A DNA stretch of 32,000 bases from Candidatus Jordarchaeales archaeon (GTDB taxonomy: Archaea > Asgardarchaeota > Jordiarchaeia > Jordiarchaeales > Freyrarchaeaceae), in NCBI GenBank assembly GCA_038858525.1, contig JAWCFL010000001.1:30001-62000 (forward strand), given 5' to 3'. Positions 1 to 9,246 of the stretch are shown here, in pieces (position 1 is the first letter of the stretch; each line of letters starts with the position of its first letter). The notes under the pieces are model-generated. The model did not search any database. It saw nothing but the letters and a program-made list of their open reading frames with translations, and was not told the origin of the DNA. The position numbers were made by a program, and so were the translations under genes.

Positions 1-248
1 ACGCCATTTTTTATAGTTTCAGTTTCCTTTTAATCAGCGAAATGTTTATTACTAGTTGCAGGCAATACGAACTTGAGCTCTAAAATCAATTTCTTCTAAA
101 ACAAGTTAAATTTATAAAAACAGAGGGCTGAAAATTCTTTCTTTCGAAAGAAAAAGCTTTGCGTCTCTCCTTGTGGCTTAATGCAGTTTCAATGTGAGTT
201 TAATTGATGAGTTAAGAAAAGTGAAAAAGTCAGGAAGGGTGCGAGAGG

Positions 249-2150
249 ATGTTTTACGAAGACATTGATGAACTTAAACAAGCGATTTTCGAGACGATTC
301 CAAAGTCGGCAGAAGTTACAGCAATAGAGTTGGAAGGACCTGAGATAGCAGTTTACTTGAAAAACCCAAACTTGCTGGTTGACGATGCTGAAGTAGTTAA
401 GGCTATAGCAAAGAAAGTTAGAAAACGCATAGTAATTAAGTCGGATCCTTCTGTTAGGCTTCCACCTGACGAAGCGGAAAGGATAATTAGGGAAAAAGTC
501 GATGAAGATGCGGGCGTCGGAGAGATCTCATTCGATAATAATCTGGGAGAAGTTATAATAGAGGCAAAGAAGCCTGGTCTGGTTATAGGAAAAAACGGTG
601 CAACATTGAGGGAGATAATAAGAGCCACCCGGTGGAGACCTGTAGTTGTAAGAGAGCCACCGATAGAGTCGAAGATGGTTAAGAATATAAGAGGAGTTCT
701 TCAGGCTGAAAGAGAGCAGAGAAAAGAAATCTTAAAGAACATAGGGTGGAGAATACATCGCCCATCAATCTTCAAAAATGGATGGCTAAGAATAATTACC
801 TTAGGTGGATTTAGAGAAGTTGGACGGACAGCTATTTTAGTTCAGACACCTGAAAGCTCGGTCTTAATAGACTGCGGAATTAATGTGGGAGGTGGGGAAG
901 GAGCTTTTCCACATTTAGATGCACCAGAATTTGATATAGAAAAACTAGATGCCGTTATAGTAACTCATGCTCATCTGGATCACAGCGGTTTTGTACCTTT
1001 CTTGTTTAAATATGGTTACGAGGGACCAGTTTACTGTACTACGCCAACGAGAAATCTTATGACTTTGCTTCAACTTGACTACCTTGAAGTAGCAGAAAGA
1101 GAAGGAAAAATAACGCCATATACTCAGAAGGACGTTAAAAAAATGGTGCTTCACACTATAACTTTAGAGTATGGAGAAGTAACTGATATAGCACCCGATG
1201 TGCGTCTAACTCTCCATAATGCTGGCCACATACTTGGATCAGCAATAGTTCATCTTCATATTGGTGATGGGCTACATAATATCGCCTACACTGGTGACTT
1301 CAAGTTTTCTAAGACCCGACTCTTTGAACCAGCATGTAACACGTTTCCCCGGCTTGAAACGATAATAATAGAGAGTACATATGGTGGGCCTGAAGACATT
1401 AAGCCATCTAGGAAAAGTGCTGAAAGAGCATTAGTTTCAGCAATAAATACCACGTTAAGTAGAGGAGGTAAAATTTTAATCCCTGTCCTGGGTGTTGGAA
1501 GAGCACAAGAGTTAATGCTGGTCATCGAGGAGTACATGAGACGAGGAATGATAAGTGAAGTTCCAGTTTACATTGATGGTATGATAAGTGAAGCTACGGC
1601 AATACATACGACACATCCGGAGTATCTTTCACGGGACTTACGAGAAAGAATATTCCATCAGGGAAGCAATCCGTTTCTTGCAGAGTGCTTTGAGACGGTT
1701 AAAAAAGAAGCTAGGCCGGACATAGTTGAGGGAGGCCCCTGCATAATAATGGCAACTTCGGGAATGCTTAGTGGAGGACCAAGCGTCGAGTATTTTAGAG
1801 TTATGGCTCCTGACCCAAAAAATTGCTTGTTATTCGTAACATATCAGGTTGAGGGAACTTTAGGAAGAAGAATACAGAAAGGATGGAGAGAAGTGCCGAT
1901 GAGAATGGCTGATGGAAAAACCGAAATAGTCCCAGTCAAAATGGAAGTAAAGACGATAGAGGGATTTTCCGGTCATAGCGATAGAAGGCAGATCATTAAT
2001 TACCTAAAAACGCTCAACTCGAAGCTTGAAAGGGTGATCACGTGTCATGGTGAGGGGAGCAAGTGTGTGAATATGGCGACGCTGATCCATAGGTCCTTTG
2101 AAATAGAGACGAGAGCGCCGCAGAACCTAGAAACTATAAGGCTTAGATGA
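249..2150 (+). CDS. fttA: aCPSF1 / FttA, beta-CASP ribonuclease with N-terminal KH domains (transcription termination factor)
   Basis: 633 aa; KH motif GLVIGKNG, metallo-beta-lactamase motif THAHLDHSG, HNAGHILGS, C-terminal GFSGHSD and HGE beta-CASP motifs. Confidence 0.96.
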   Translation: MFYEDIDELKQAIFETIPKSAEVTAIELEGPEIAVYLKNPNLLVDDAEVVKAIAKKVRKRIVIKSDPSVRLPPDEAERIIREKVDEDAGVGEISFDNNLGEVIIEAKKPGLVIGKNGATLREIIRATRWRPVVVREPPIESKMVKNIRGVLQAEREQRKEILKNIGWRIHRPSIFKNGWLRIITLGGFREVGRTAILVQTPESSVLIDCGINVGGGEGAFPHLDAPEFDIEKLDAVIVTHAHLDHSGFVPFLFKYGYEGPVYCTTPTRNLMTLLQLDYLEVAEREGKITPYTQKDVKKMVLHTITLEYGEVTDIAPDVRLTLHNAGHILGSAIVHLHIGDGLHNIAYTGDFKFSKTRLFEPACNTFPRLETIIIESTYGGPEDIKPSRKSAERALVSAINTTLSRGGKILIPVLGVGRAQELMLVIEEYMRRGMISEVPVYIDGMISEATAIHTTHPEYLSRDLRERIFHQGSNPFLAECFETVKKEARPDIVEGGPCIIMATSGMLSGGPSVEYFRVMAPDPKNCLLFVTYQVEGTLGRRIQKGWREVPMRMADGKTEIVPVKMEVKTIEGFSGHSDRRQIINYLKTLNSKLERVITCHGEGSKCVNMATLIHRSFEIETRAPQNLETIRLR

Positions 2151-2187
2151 ACGATGTAAAAGATAAAATAAAAAGGGTGTTAGTTAA

Positions 2188-3354
2188 ATGTATAAGTCTT
2201 CATCCGTTTTTAAGGATGAAAGTACTTTTTTTCATGAATACGTGCCACCTGAGCTCCCGCACAGGGAGAAACAGTTAGAACAACTTATGAGGTTTTTTAG
2301 GCCGATACTCACAGATAAATTTGTGAGCGTTAATGTTTCAATAATAGGACGAGCAGGCGTTGGGAAAACCGCTTTGGCAAAGCTCTTCGGCAAGAAGCTC
2401 GTCGAAGAGTCTAGGCGAAGAGATGGTAAGATAATTTTTGAGTACATGTATTGCAGTGCTGCAAGGACGCTTTCGGCTGTCTTAAGACAGGTAATATCTA
2501 AGAACTGGAGGAAGATACCTATTACTGGGATCACTGGAAGCGAACTCATAGTGGAGTTAAATGAGAGACTTGCTAAAGAGGATAAAAGGCTGGTTTTAGT
2601 CCTCGATGAGGCAAAACTTCTGGGAGGAGAAGAAATTCATGGGCTCATAAGGAGCGCTGAGTTTTTCGGTTATGGCAAAGCTAGGATAAACACGATAATC
2701 ATAAGTAGACCGGAGGATTGGATTGCGTATCTTCAACCAGACCTTTCAGAAGACGTGCACACGGTCATAGAGCTTCCAAGGTATTCTGAAGAAGAGTTGA
2801 GAGATATCTTGGAGTACAGGGCTAGAATAGGTTTCCATGAGGGAGTGATAAGCTCAGAAGTATGTGACATGGTGGCTAAAATAGCTAGCGAAACTGGAAA
2901 TGCACGGCATGGAATAGAAATACTTTACCATGCCGGGCTAATAGCTGAAAAAAGCGAGGAGAAAAAGATAACGCCGGAAATGATACGAATAGCCAAGAAT
3001 GAGGTTTACCCGGAGACTTCACCCGAGATTCTCAGGGGGTTGCACGTTCACGAACTTTTAACTTTACTTGCAGTTGCCGTTACTTTGAGAGACGAATTAG
3101 CAGCACCAATAGGAAGAGTATACGACAATTATAAAGTTGTGTGTGAAGAGTATGGAGCTAGGCCTCGTACAACCCGAAACTTTAGAAACTACTTGAGAGT
3201 TCTTTCAGAAATTAAAATAATAAACACGGTTGTCAAAAACCTCAAGAGAGGAAGAAGAACGGTAGTCACGTTGACCGAAATACCTTCATCTATTCTTGAG
3301 GAAAGAGTCAGGAGCCTTCTTGAAAGCAAGGCGCCTACGGACATAAAGGACTAA
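2188..3354 (+). CDS. cdc6: Orc1/Cdc6 family AAA+ replication initiator
   Basis: 388 aa; N-terminal YVPPELPHRE, Walker A GRAGVGKT, Walker B LVLVLDE, sensor-2 GNAR, C-terminal winged helix with GRRT wing. Confidence 0.93.
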   Translation: MYKSSSVFKDESTFFHEYVPPELPHREKQLEQLMRFFRPILTDKFVSVNVSIIGRAGVGKTALAKLFGKKLVEESRRRDGKIIFEYMYCSAARTLSAVLRQVISKNWRKIPITGITGSELIVELNERLAKEDKRLVLVLDEAKLLGGEEIHGLIRSAEFFGYGKARINTIIISRPEDWIAYLQPDLSEDVHTVIELPRYSEEELRDILEYRARIGFHEGVISSEVCDMVAKIASETGNARHGIEILYHAGLIAEKSEEKKITPEMIRIAKNEVYPETSPEILRGLHVHELLTLLAVAVTLRDELAAPIGRVYDNYKVVCEEYGARPRTTRNFRNYLRVLSEIKIINTVVKNLKRGRRTVVTLTEIPSSILEERVRSLLESKAPTDIKD

Positions 3355-3366
3355 GAGGGAGTTAGC

Positions 3367-4449
3367 TTGAAGATACTAGAAAATAAACTAGATAAGGGGG
3401 AGGTTACGTTGCATGTGGAAAATCACAATGACCTTTGGCATCTTTACAACATTATATGCAAAGGGGACCTAGTATACGCACGAACACATAGAAGGATACG
3501 TAAGGTCGGGGATGACTCTAGGTCAGATAGGGGAGAGAGAATACCGGTTTACTTGGGCATAAAGGTAGAAGACGTGGAGTTTCATAAATACTCTGACAGG
3601 CTTAGAGTTAAAGGGATAATAGTGAATGGCCCAGACGAGATCTCTAAAGGAGAGCACCATACGATAAACGTTGAAATAGGAAAAACATTAAAGATAGTGA
3701 AGGAAGATTGGCCATCATATATTATTGATAGACTGAGCGAAGCGTCTAGAGGTATGGAGGAACGCGTTATTATAGTTACAATAGAGGAAGGTGAAGCTTT
3801 CATTGCCTCGGTTGACAGAGTCACTCTTACCCCCCTGCTGAGGATTAGCGAAAGCATACCGGGAAAGAGGGCAGAAGAAGAAAGAGAAGTTGGCTTGAAG
3901 ACATTCTATTCGAAAGTAGCTAGAAGCATACTTCACCATGCAAAGCAGCTTAACCCTGTTAGTATAATCATCGCGGGGCCAGGATTAACGAAGAACCGCT
4001 TAAAGGATTACATAGCAGTCAATTATCCTGAGGTTGAAAAATTAATTGTGCTTGAAAATGCGAGTTATGGGGATGAAAATGGAATCTATGAAGTTATTAG
4101 GAGGGGGGCTGTGGATAAGGTAATAAGTGAAAGTAGAGCGGTGAAGGAGATAGAGGCCGTCGAGGAGTTTTTGGCTCAACTTGCGAAGAACCCAGAAAAA
4201 GTAGCGTATGGAGGGGAGCAGGTCGAAAAAGCAGCTCTTTATGGCGCTATCCATAAGCTTCTCATCACAACGAAGATGATAAGAGACGCCACACCTGACG
4301 AGAGAAGAAAGATAGAGGAACTGATTAAATCCGTGGAGAGAACGAGAGGAGAGGTTATTTTGATTGATGAAGCTCACGCGGCTGGGCAACAGCTTTCTAG
4401 TCTGGGAGGAATAGCAGCAGTGTTAAGATACTCGGTCAATGAAGCTTAG
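3367..4449 (+). CDS. pelA: Pelota / aDom34 ribosome rescue factor
   Basis: 360 aa, TTG start after GAGGGAG; NDLWHLYNII, DRLRVKGII, GEHHTINVEIG, C-terminal GQQLSSLGGIAAVLRY of the eRF1/Pelota family. Confidence 0.95.
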   Translation: MKILENKLDKGEVTLHVENHNDLWHLYNIICKGDLVYARTHRRIRKVGDDSRSDRGERIPVYLGIKVEDVEFHKYSDRLRVKGIIVNGPDEISKGEHHTINVEIGKTLKIVKEDWPSYIIDRLSEASRGMEERVIIVTIEEGEAFIASVDRVTLTPLLRISESIPGKRAEEEREVGLKTFYSKVARSILHHAKQLNPVSIIIAGPGLTKNRLKDYIAVNYPEVEKLIVLENASYGDENGIYEVIRRGAVDKVISESRAVKEIEAVEEFLAQLAKNPEKVAYGGEQVEKAALYGAIHKLLITTKMIRDATPDERRKIEELIKSVERTRGEVILIDEAHAAGQQLSSLGGIAAVLRYSVNEA

Positions 4450-4454
4450 GGAAA

Positions 4455-5255
4455 CTAAGTGTAAAGTTCCTTTACGAGAAACTCTTGTAATTTCGTTATG
4501 CCTTGAACGGCTGGAGAGTCAGGTGCATAATCGAGTAATGCTTTATCGGCTAGGTCAGCTTCTATGACGTTCTTGTCGTAGGGAATCCATCCAGCGACGT
4601 TGATTCCAATTTTGCTGGCAGCTTCCTCAATGAAGTATTTCTCTTCCTCGCTTGAAATTTTGTTTCCAACTAGGAAGACACGTTTTACACCTAAACCTAA
4701 GGCTAGATCCTTTATTTTTTCAGCTAAGGATATAGACCTAACTCCAGGCTCAACTACGATTAGCATCGCGTCCACATTTTTAGCGGTTCCTCTGCCAAGA
4801 TGTTCCACTCCAGCTTCCATGTCTAATATAACGACTTCCTCTCGTTTCAAAATAAGATGGGAAATTAAGGCTCTTACCAGTGCATTGCTCGGACACATAC
4901 ATCCTCCACCAGGATTAACTACTGTTCCAGCAACTAGAAGTTTTACTCCATCAGGCCCAACGATCATAAATTTGTCAGGGAGATCTGAAACCTTAGGATT
5001 TAGGATGAATACACTGCCCATTGACCCAGGTTTAGCACCTGTTCTTTCCTCGATTAAGTCGCTCATTTCAGAGATTGGAGTTATGCTGCGGGCAACTGTT
5101 TTTGATATTCCTAAAGAGGTGTGAAGGTTCATGCTGGGGTCCACGTCTATGGCAAAAACGTCGAAGCCACGCCTAGCAAGCAGACGAGCTAATGTGCCTG
5201 CGATCGTCGTTTTCCCAACGCCGCCTTTACCAGCCACGGCAACCTTAAATCCCAA
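4455..5255 (-). CDS. cooC: CooC/AcsF-like MinD-family ATPase (nickel insertion / CODH maturation type)
   Basis: 266 aa; GKGGVGKTT deviant Walker A, GGGCMCP metal-binding CxC, LDMEAGVEHLGRGT motif of CooC proteins. Function inferred from family only. Confidence 0.82.
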   Translation of the reverse strand: MGFKVAVAGKGGVGKTTIAGTLARLLARRGFDVFAIDVDPSMNLHTSLGISKTVARSITPISEMSDLIEERTGAKPGSMGSVFILNPKVSDLPDKFMIVGPDGVKLLVAGTVVNPGGGCMCPSNALVRALISHLILKREEVVILDMEAGVEHLGRGTAKNVDAMLIVVEPGVRSISLAEKIKDLALGLGVKRVFLVGNKISSEEEKYFIEEAASKIGINVAGWIPYDKNVIEADLADKALLDYAPDSPAVQGITKLQEFLVKELYT

Positions 5256-5276
5256 AGAAGACCACCAAGATCCATT

Positions 5277-6728
5277 TTAACCCTTAACGACACCTATGGG
5301 CCTCAATTTAGCCACCAATGATGCTATTCCCACTTTGTGGGAAACATCAACTACTAGGTCGACGTCCTTGTATGCTTCAGGCGCCTCTTCACTCATGACG
5401 ACTACGCTAGCCGCTTCTACCAGGATTCCAGACTTTTGAAGCTCATTCTTGACTTTTTCACCCCAAAACCTCTTCTTCGCAGTCGCCCTGCTAAGCCTCC
5501 GGCCCGCGCCATGCGCCGTAGAGCCAAAGCTTAACTCCATGGATTCAGCTCTCCCTCTTAGAACATAACTGGCAGTACCCATAGTTCCAGGTATAAGAAC
5601 CGGCTGGCCGGTTTCTCTATATTTCTGAGGAATATCTGGATGGCCCGGTGGAAAAGCTCTAGTGGCACCTTTCCTATGAACGCATAGAACTTTTTCTTCA
5701 CCGTCAACGCGGTGTTTCTCGAACTTGGCAATGTTATGAGCCACGTCGTACACTATTCGGATTCCAAGATCTTCAGGTGAGGAAGAGAAAACCTTACCGA
5801 AAGATTCACGCACCCAATGCGTTATGCACTGTCTATTTGCCCATGCAAAGTTAGCGGCGGATGCCATTGCTGCAATATAACTTTCTCCTTCCTTACTTTT
5901 TCCAGGAACTGCAGCTAGCTCCCTGTCTGGAAGTGATAGCCCGTATTTTCCCATGGCATGCTCCATAATCTTCAAGTAGTCAGAGCAGATCTGATGGCCA
6001 AGACCGCGTGAACCAGTATGTATAAGAACTGCTATTTGTCCCTCGAATAAATCCATCCGCTTTGCTGCTTCTTCATCGTAAACATGCTCAACATATTGAA
6101 TTTCGAGGAAGTGGTTTCCACTGCCGAGCGTTCCAAGTTGAGGTGCCCCACGCTCCCTTGCCTTAGAGGATACTTTGCTAGCGTCAGCGTTCTTGAGGCA
6201 ACCTTCCTCCTCACAGTACAGTCTGTCTTCCTCCCACCCGAAGCCTTTCTCTATAGCCCAGTTAACACCAGATTCAAGAACATCATCTAGTTCAGAGGAA
6301 GACACCCTTATTTTTCCTTCTGAGCCGACGCCACTAGGAATTTCTCTAAATAGAATGCTTAGTAGCTCTTTGAGCTTTGGGATAACTTCGTTCTTTGACA
6401 GGTTTGTTCTAAGCAAGCGAACCCCGCAGTTTATATCGTAACCAACTCCGCCCGGAGAGACAACTCCGTCCTCTTCGAAATCGACGGCGGCGACTCCCCC
6501 AATAGGAAAACCATACCCTTGATGCGCATCAGGCAAGGCTATAGAGTTTTTTTGAATCCCTGGTAGGCATGCAACATTCATAGCTTGAACCAGTGTTTGG
6601 TCCTTCTTCATTCCATCAAGAAGCTCTTCATTTGCAAAGATCCTAGCTGGCACACGCATACATTTTTTCGCGTCCTTCGGTATCTCCCATATTAAATTAC
6701 TTATCTTTTTTACAGGAAGCTGAGACAA
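5277..6728 (-). CDS. rtcB: RtcB RNA 2',3'-cyclic phosphate/5'-OH ligase (tRNA splicing ligase)
   Basis: 483 aa, TTG start after AAGGAGGA; PDAHQGYGFPIG, GYDINCGVR, GSGNHFLE, HTGSRGLG, YDVAHN, HRKGATRAF, HGAGR, EEAPEAYK; no intein. Confidence 0.97.
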   Translation of the reverse strand: MSQLPVKKISNLIWEIPKDAKKCMRVPARIFANEELLDGMKKDQTLVQAMNVACLPGIQKNSIALPDAHQGYGFPIGGVAAVDFEEDGVVSPGGVGYDINCGVRLLRTNLSKNEVIPKLKELLSILFREIPSGVGSEGKIRVSSSELDDVLESGVNWAIEKGFGWEEDRLYCEEEGCLKNADASKVSSKARERGAPQLGTLGSGNHFLEIQYVEHVYDEEAAKRMDLFEGQIAVLIHTGSRGLGHQICSDYLKIMEHAMGKYGLSLPDRELAAVPGKSKEGESYIAAMASAANFAWANRQCITHWVRESFGKVFSSSPEDLGIRIVYDVAHNIAKFEKHRVDGEEKVLCVHRKGATRAFPPGHPDIPQKYRETGQPVLIPGTMGTASYVLRGRAESMELSFGSTAHGAGRRLSRATAKKRFWGEKVKNELQKSGILVEAASVVVMSEEAPEAYKDVDLVVDVSHKVGIASLVAKLRPIGVVKG

Positions 6729-6902
6729 GTCGTATTCCTCCTTAATTTCTATTGCTGAACATCAGTTCTTTACTTGCAGGCAGTACTTCACTTATAGAAT
6801 AACTCGGGGAGGGGGAAAGACTAAATGAAGATAGTTAAGCCTAGTTTCGCAGGACACATTTTAGAAGACAAGAATAAATAAAACTATCGCGTTTTTAATT
6901 CT

Positions 6903-7241
6903 TTAATATATCCGCCACGTGTGTCTGCAGATGGTGCACCTGAGGAAGGTTGTTGACGCTTCATCAGCTCTTCGTGTTTGAACTTGCCAGTAGTACGCTG
7001 TAGTATTGCCACATTTTGGACATATGGCTTTCATAGTAGGCATTGTTTTTAATTGCTGGTCATCCTCGAGTATCAACGTTTTATCCTTAGGTGAATGTTC
7101 TATCTCTCTCTTAACGACAAATCTTTCTTTGTTACTAAATATAGGCCTTTCTTGATGACCGCAACTTCTACATATAAGCCTAATTTCACCTTTCTCTTTT
7201 TCAGGGTACATTAACATACCACACTTAGGGCAGAAGTCCAA
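6903..7241 (-). CDS. tfs: Transcription elongation/cleavage factor TFS
   Basis: 112 aa, TTG start after AGGTGA; two Zn ribbons (CPKC..CRSC; CPKC..CTIC) and catalytic QTRRADE hairpin. Confidence 0.95.
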   Translation of the reverse strand: MDFCPKCGMLMYPEKEKGEIRLICRSCGHQERPIFSNKERFVVKREIEHSPKDKTLILEDDQQLKTMPTMKAICPKCGNTTAYYWQVQTRRADEASTTFLRCTICRHTWRIY

Positions 7242-7301
7242 ATAACAGTCACCTTTTTTTGATAGACGGTTAGGAAGTAATGGATTTTAATTTTTCCGTA
7301 T

Positions 7302-7697
7302 TCACTCCACTTCCTTACTTAATTCCTCTACAACCTTTTTGAGGAGGAGCGTGAAGCCCAGCACTAAGTTCTCAAAATTATCCTTGAGAGGAACTTTGGA
7401 GTTAATTAGGGAAGCTATTGAGATCGCGACATCTTTTATTTCTATTTTTCCTTTTAACCAAGCGTATCCTATTAGGGCTTCTGCAGCATCGCTTAACCCG
7501 TATTTATCCTGTCTTGATGGAAGGCGAGAACGTAATCCTGACGCTTTTAGCGCTGTTGCAAGTATAGACCCCGGAAGCTTTGTTTTCTTTACTTCGCCTG
7601 TAGCAGTAAATAGTGCTAAGCTATATATTAAGTTAGAGACCCCATCACCTATTCTTGCGTATTGTTTGTTTAGTAAGATCTTACTAAAGGATTGCAG
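7302..7697 (-). CDS. Archaeal RNase III-like (Mini-III-like) protein, absent from the ORF track; probable CTG start
   Basis: Manual translation, 131 aa: (M)QSFSKILLNKQYARIGDGVSNLIYSLALF...GLRSRLPSRQDKYGLSDAAEALIGYAWLKG...EVE*. GD and DxxEALIG motifs resemble the RNase III domain; lies between rpoL and tfs; GGGAGGG SD upstream; no in-frame ATG/GTG/TTG near the 5' end. Confidence 0.82.
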   Translation of the reverse strand: MQSFSKILLNKQYARIGDGVSNLIYSLALFTATGEVKKTKLPGSILATALKASGLRSRLPSRQDKYGLSDAAEALIGYAWLKGKIEIKDVAISIASLINSKVPLKDNFENLVLGFTLLLKKVVEELSKEVE

Positions 7698-7703
7698 CTT
7701 GGT

Positions 7704-8012
7704 TTACCCTCCCGTAGAGGACTTAACTTTACTTAATTCGCTAAAGAATAAATCGCTGATCTTAGTAAGAGTGTCTTTAAGTCGTTTAATAGCGTCTCTT
7801 AATGCATCTTCAGGGGGGACCCCTTGGTTTGTCGTTATGTAAATTTTCGGGTTCGAAAGAAGAGGGTGGTCTATTCTGTAACCTGCAAAAACGACGTTTT
7901 CATCGTCTAGCAAGGCTTTTTTTAATAACGTACATAAAGTGTGATCTTCCCCCTCTATTTCCAGCTCCAAGTGATTTTCTGTGCGTTTTGTCACGCGTAC
8001 CTTCAACCTCAT
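7704..8012 (-). CDS. rpoL: RNA polymerase subunit Rpo11 (RpoL)
   Basis: 102 aa; IEGEDHTLCTLLKKAL, FAGYRIDHPL signature. Confidence 0.95.
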   Translation of the reverse strand: MRLKVRVTKRTENHLELEIEGEDHTLCTLLKKALLDDENVVFAGYRIDHPLLSNPKIYITTNQGVPPEDALRDAIKRLKDTLTKISDLFFSELSKVKSSTGG

Positions 8013-8021
8013 TCACCTCTT

Positions 8022-8597
8022 CTAAAGCTTTGATTTGCCATAATCAATCGAGATTTTCCTTTTTTCCTTATTGCCGCATGTACTGCAAGTTAAGACCCCG
8101 TTGCTCTTTGGGTCCAGTGGAGAGCCGCATTTAGAGCAGAATGCCAAAACGACTCCTAAATTTTTACCGATAGTGGATAACTGTATGAGCTCGCTTCGAA
8201 CTTCGATTATACGTGCCTTCACTATGTCTCCGATCTTAAAAGCATCTGACGGCTTATCGATGAACTGGTTACTTATCTGAGATACGTGAATTACTCCTGA
8301 ATATGGCGATGAAAGAGTCTTTCCTCCAATCCTTGCGATGTCAACCATACTTAAAATTTTTCCCGTATTAACGACCATTCCCAAAACTAAGCTACCTTTC
8401 TTGATGAATGGATGGGATTCGAAGGGGATAACCTTAACGCGCCTCTCCACTTTGTCTATAAGCACTATTCCTGCATGTGAGGCAAAAATTATACCTCCCT
8501 CGTCATATGTTCCTTCATTCGGCGAAAATTCCTCTATAACACCCAACCAGTCGCCTGGCAAGACGAAGCTGCCAGTTTTAGGTCTCTCCGCGCTCAC
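8022..8597 (-). CDS. csl4: Exosome cap protein Csl4
   Basis: 191 aa, GTG start after AGGAGGTG; FVLPGDWLG N-terminus, S1 domain (AFKIGDIVKARII), C-terminal Zn ribbon CSKC..CSTC, EKRKIS. Confidence 0.94.
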   Translation of the reverse strand: MSAERPKTGSFVLPGDWLGVIEEFSPNEGTYDEGGIIFASHAGIVLIDKVERRVKVIPFESHPFIKKGSLVLGMVVNTGKILSMVDIARIGGKTLSSPYSGVIHVSQISNQFIDKPSDAFKIGDIVKARIIEVRSELIQLSTIGKNLGVVLAFCSKCGSPLDPKSNGVLTCSTCGNKEKRKISIDYGKSKL

Positions 8598-9246
8598 TCT
8601 GAAACACCTCCTTCTCGTTTATCTTCAAAATTCTGTAAACATCAACTTCTACGACGTGAAATTTTTTCGAGTGGAAGTCAAACATTGCTGGGATCGGCAA
8701 CTTAACTGTGACAAGTTGATCAATGTATCCGCCTCTCTTCTCTACAAATCTTTTAATGAATTGCCTAACTTTAAAGTTTCCTTTATGTATAGAGTATACC
8801 ACATCGGCGACCTCAAGAGCTTTCTCTAAAAAAATTCTGTCACTAAAACGTCTTTGCACTCCGAATGGTGGATTCTGCACCACGGTATCCGCTTTACCCC
8901 TTAAATCTTTTAAGTTCATAGAAACCCACTCAACTCTATCTTCTACTCCAACTTTTTCAGCATTACGCTTAGCTACTTTCAACGCATCTAGGTCTATATC
9001 TACACCAACAACTCGCCTCGCACCGAGAAGAGCTGCACCTAAAGCCAACTTGCCATTCCCACATCCGAGGTCGTAAACAACTTTTCTCTCGATGTCGTTA
9101 AAAACATAGGCAGCCATAAAAAGAAGAGTTGCTGCAACCCTGTTATGTGTAGGATACTGTTCCAGCCAAACCTTAGGGGAAGGAGTATCCTCCAATCTTT
9201 CAAGGAACAGTTCAAGGTGTTTACGCTTAAGTTTAACCTTAACCAT
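8578..9246 (-). CDS. METTL5-family SAM-dependent RNA methyltransferase
   Basis: 222 aa from ATG 9246 (GGAGGAGG SD; the track start at 9306 overlaps dph2); LEQYPT, DLGCGNG SAM motif, NPPFG amino-methyltransferase motif, VYSIH. Confidence 0.9.
   Translation of the reverse strand: MVKVKLKRKHLELFLERLEDTPSPKVWLEQYPTHNRVAATLLFMAAYVFNDIERKVVYDLGCGNGKLALGAALLGARRVVGVDIDLDALKVAKRNAEKVGVEDRVEWVSMNLKDLRGKADTVVQNPPFGVQRRFSDRIFLEKALEVADVVYSIHKGNFKVRQFIKRFVEKRGGYIDQLVTVKLPIPAMFDFHSKKFHVVEVDVYRILKINEKEVFQSERGET

Noticed and set aside
1-7. Possible ATG of a minus-strand gene leaving the window
   Set aside because: Only two codons are visible, so no feature can be supported.
1-248. Replication origin near cdc6
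   Set aside because: AT-rich but no repeated ORB or mini-ORB motifs visible; looks like a divergent promoter region.
7339-7842. 167-aa plus-strand ORF from the track
   Set aside because: Antisense shadow of rpoL and the RNase III-like gene; no recognisable motifs.
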